The position numbers were made by a program, and so were the translations under genes. From the NCBI GenBank assembly GCA_964106645.2, contig OZ067045.1: a stretch of 64,000 bases of DNA. One strand, written 5' to 3'. The notes beneath the pieces were generated by a model. That model made no database searches. It was not told where the DNA came from and saw nothing but the letters and a program-made list of their open reading frames with translations. Positions 60,458 to 64,000 of the stretch are shown here, in pieces; position 1 is the first letter of the stretch, and each line of letters opens with the position of its first letter. The stretch comes from Podarcis pityusensis. Its lineage: Eukaryota.

Positions 60458-61114
60458 GCCATGATCACTTTCTTGTGTGACTGAATGAAATAAAAATCCA
60501 TTTTTGAACTGTTGGGCAGAGATGCAATAAATACAGCAAACATATATGGTGTGTGAGGCAGCCACAGTGTTAATCAGCATGGTGGACACCAAAATTACTC
60601 TACACCACGCTATCCCTGAAACATAGGGAGGCACAGAAACTGTATACAACAATAGTATTGCGTTTAGAAATATTAAGCTTGTAGAATAATAGAGAGGAAA
60701 CAATAACTTGCAAAAGGTAAATGCTACAAAATAAATCTTGTCAGGTAAATTGCCATTTTCAAATTACTTATACATTATTTATATTCACAACAAATCCTGG
60801 AAATACCTTCCTTATCCTCCTGTGTTTTGTCACATTGCCCCAAAGGTGTTACTATCCTGGTTTTCCTTTTGGCTACCTTCTGAATATGTTGCCTTCCTAA
60901 CCTTCCTGGACGTGGCCTGCCTGACCTTTGTTTTAGTTCCTCTCTCCTGTAGCTGACCTTGATGACTGTCCTTGTGGACCTCAGGTCTTTTGGTTTGCTC
61001 TTTAATGTGTGACCTTCCTGACCTTGTAATGTTAAAAATAAATAAAACCACCCAGTGTGTTTCTTGAAAGCTTAGTATACCCTTACGTTTGCTACTGGAA
61101 CAACAACATCATAC

Positions 61115-61350
61115 ATGTGTGATGGCCCCAACCCTTTGGAATTCCTACCTCTTGACAGACATTAGACAGGCACCGTCTCTGTTGCCTTTTCAGCAGTTTC
61201 TGAAGACCTTCCTCTTCCTCCAGGACTTCAAAAGAGAAACCTTTCCCAATCTGCACCAGAATTGTTTTTATTATTCCATTTCCTGTTGTTTGCCGCCCTG
61301 GACTCCTTTGGGAGGAAAGGAAGTATACCAGTCAATCAATCCTACAATAA
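61115..61350 (+). mobile_element. L2 3' end
   Basis: APTLWNSYLLTDIRQAPSLLPFQQFLKTFLF in ORF 61089-61364. Confidence 0.78.
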
Positions 61351-64000
61351 GCAGAAGGGGATAATATATTAAGTATGATATGACACAGATTAGTGAAAAA
61401 TGTTTTACAAATTGTACCACTTTAGGGTCATTTAGGACACCCCAATACATAACAGGGCTGGTTAAAATTTGAATCCAGAGTTTATGAGTCAGTGAAGGAA
61501 TAATTTAACTATGGATACTATTAAACTCAAATGATAAGTCTTAATTCCAGTTACCTTCAGTGGAAGGGATGTTAAGTATCTTCCCAACTTTCCCATTAAA
61601 GTCAATGAGACTTTGTGGATGGCAATATGCCCCTGAATGCCAATTTCTGGGAATCACAAGTTGGGAGCGTTCTTCTGAGCTTGGATCTAACTTCTGAGAT
61701 ATCTACAGGCATCCAGTTGTCCACTGTGAGAGCAGCATGCTGGACTAGATGAGCCATTGGCCTGATTAAGCAGGATATTCTTGTGTTCTTAGGTACTTAA
61801 CATCCCAAACTTTAGCTGGAAAGTGTCCTATATTAAGTAAAAGATCTGTTTTTTCTGCACCAGTTCTATAGGCTACCAGACGTCGGTACCAGACGTCAGC
61901 AGCTGTTATATAATACCGGAGGCCTGTAGGATCAAAACTGGAGCTAGAAAGTACATCCTAGGTTTGGCACTGCACTTTGAGCTCCTTTACACTTGAATCA
62001 ATGCCAAGTTTCCCTCCATATCACATTTTTCCAATCCTAATTTTGGTTCTCCACATTTCCACATCAGTTTAGATATTTTTTAAAAAGAAAACATTATGAA
62101 AATTCATCAGGATTTTAGTGTATTTCCCCCCTAAAATTCACATTTCTTTAAAAATGAATTTGCCTTATATACAAATTTTTTGCAGAGCTATTTCCATAAA
62201 TGTAATGCATTTATCTATATTATTTTTTACTAATACATGCATCATTATGCACATTTTACCCTAGTACATGTGTTTTTGTACACTTTACTTGGCTGGAGAA
62301 TTAGCTTGTGAAATTCAGAGAGTGCAAATTTCTTGTATTGTTCCAGAAAGTGTGAACTAGGTAGGTTCACCAGTAAATTGAATTTCTTTCTTGCTCATCC
62401 GCTTGTTTCCCTTGGTAGTCAGAGTTGGCTTTTGCCTTCAGATTGCCAGTTCTGTCAAGGGTGGATGTAGAATAAGGTTCCATAGAAAGAGAAACACATG
62501 CCCTCTGCTATACACCCAGGTGCCTGGCTAAGCCAGCAAGATGGATGGAGTACCCAATCCTTTGTACCTGTGTGTATCTGTCAATAAATATATACTGGTG
62601 TGTGCGCGCCTGAGTGTGTGTGTGCATGTGCGCAGGCTGAGATAAAAGCTACTGTTTTAGTGGCTGGATACACTAGAAGTATATGCAATTAGGCTGACTG
62701 ACAAACATCAGCATACATTATTAGATTTAAAATTCACTCCTATAATTGCTGCAGGAAATTGACTGTATCTGCAAAGCAGTCCTTGTGATACTTTGAAAAT
62801 AGCATGTTTTATGTTTTCATTTGTTGCTCATAAAATGGTGTAGATCTACTTGGGGTGGGGGGATATAAATCCCAATGCTATCGAGGCCTCTTATTTCCTC
62901 ATCTTCATACCTATGTGCCCAAATTAGCAAAAAAATAAAAATAAAATAAAATACTCCGGTGTGAATCTAATTCATTTGTTCCTGCCAACAGAGACGGCTG
63001 AATTCTTGCAAAATTCAAATTTCTAGTCAAATTATGTTGTTTAGCCTCTCATGAATGATCTTCCTCCAGCTCTTGTTAAGTCTATTTAATTCCAGTGAAA
63101 ATGCTCCAAGAGAGTGGAATCAAGTCAAGCATCAAAGCTGCCACCCATATTAGAACCAGGCCAAAATGTAGCTAAAAAGTTAGGTTTTCTTATAATTTTC
63201 TTTTTTTCCAAGCTCCCTTTGAGATGCGGAATAACTGCTGAGAATATTCAGCAGCATCCTCCCCAATTTTACTATCTGTGAATATGGTCAAATTGTGGGT
63301 GCAGTTGTGGATCCATCTAATACATGTTAATATTGTTGTAAGAAACATGGATTCCAGCCCTCCTCTTTTAGCCCATTGTTTCTTTCACTCTTTGTTGTAA
63401 GCTAACAGTATAGCCAAGGAGAAATTTCCCCAGAAGACAATTTTCTGGGAATTTTCTTCCTCGCCCCCAAGTATTGGAGAATTTCTTTTAAATTCACCTA
63501 CTACAAATAGAGTGGAAAATTTGTGGCAGCTATTTTGACTCAGCCATATCATATCTTGATGAAGATGTGTTATTCCTATCAATACTATTCATATTGTATC
63601 ATCTTGTATGCACTTACAAATTCGCTGTAGCTTCTTAAAGTGGGAGGTGTATCAGGTCTTATTTTAAGTAATTGTTCTTCTGCAAGTCTGAGCATCCTGT
63701 ATGTGACATTGCTCAATCCAAATGGTAATTAACCAGAAATGAGACTTTGGGGTCTGGGGGATAGTTGGATGAACTATTTCCTTCACATAGCTACAATTCC
63801 CAGAGTTCCCTGGAAAGAGGGATTGATTGCTAAGCCACTCTGCGAACTATAGCTCTGTGAGGAAAATAGGGGTCTCCTAACAACTTTCATCTCCCTCAAC
63901 AAGCTACAGTAACCAGGATTCTTTAGGGGAAGGCATGACTGTTTAAAGTGACATGACACCGCTTTAAATGTATAGTGCGGATAGGGCCCAAGGTTAGAAC

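Larger units (their letters stand above)
12489..64000 (+). other. ZNF536: ZNF536 long phase-1 intron; next exon (expected to continue D-I-G-E-E) not seen
   Basis: Starts GTATGC after TCA G; no downstream ZNF536 zinc-finger sequence in any ORF of the track. Confidence 0.85.

Overview
Vertebrate nuclear DNA from a squamate, most likely a lacertid-type lizard, judged from the Sauria/Squam SINEs and CR1/L2 LINE remnants. The only supported protein-coding feature is the large first coding exon of ZNF536 (+ strand; exon 10317-12488, ATG at 10319, seven C2H2 fingers, phase-1 donor). The rest is ZNF536 intron: repeat-poor AT-rich blocks that may be conserved enhancers, many transposon remnants, microsatellites and four N gaps. 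The next ZNF536 exon is not in the window. No rRNA, functional tRNA, CRISPR or prokaryotic features were found, and no new system can be proven from sequence alone. The best leads are: (1) a young ~2.1 kb non-autonomous L1-like element with a CpG/YY1/ETS promoter and a donor that would splice in frame into ZNF536; (2) the 2172-nt exon would form a stop-free endless ORF if back-spliced; (3) a candidate 12-nt microexon and a candidate 110-nt poison exon; (4) a solo LTR whose U3 is one open frame; (5) a cluster of DR3-spaced AGGTCA nuclear-receptor sites. Repeat family names come from recall of consensus features, and boundaries of old copies are approximate.
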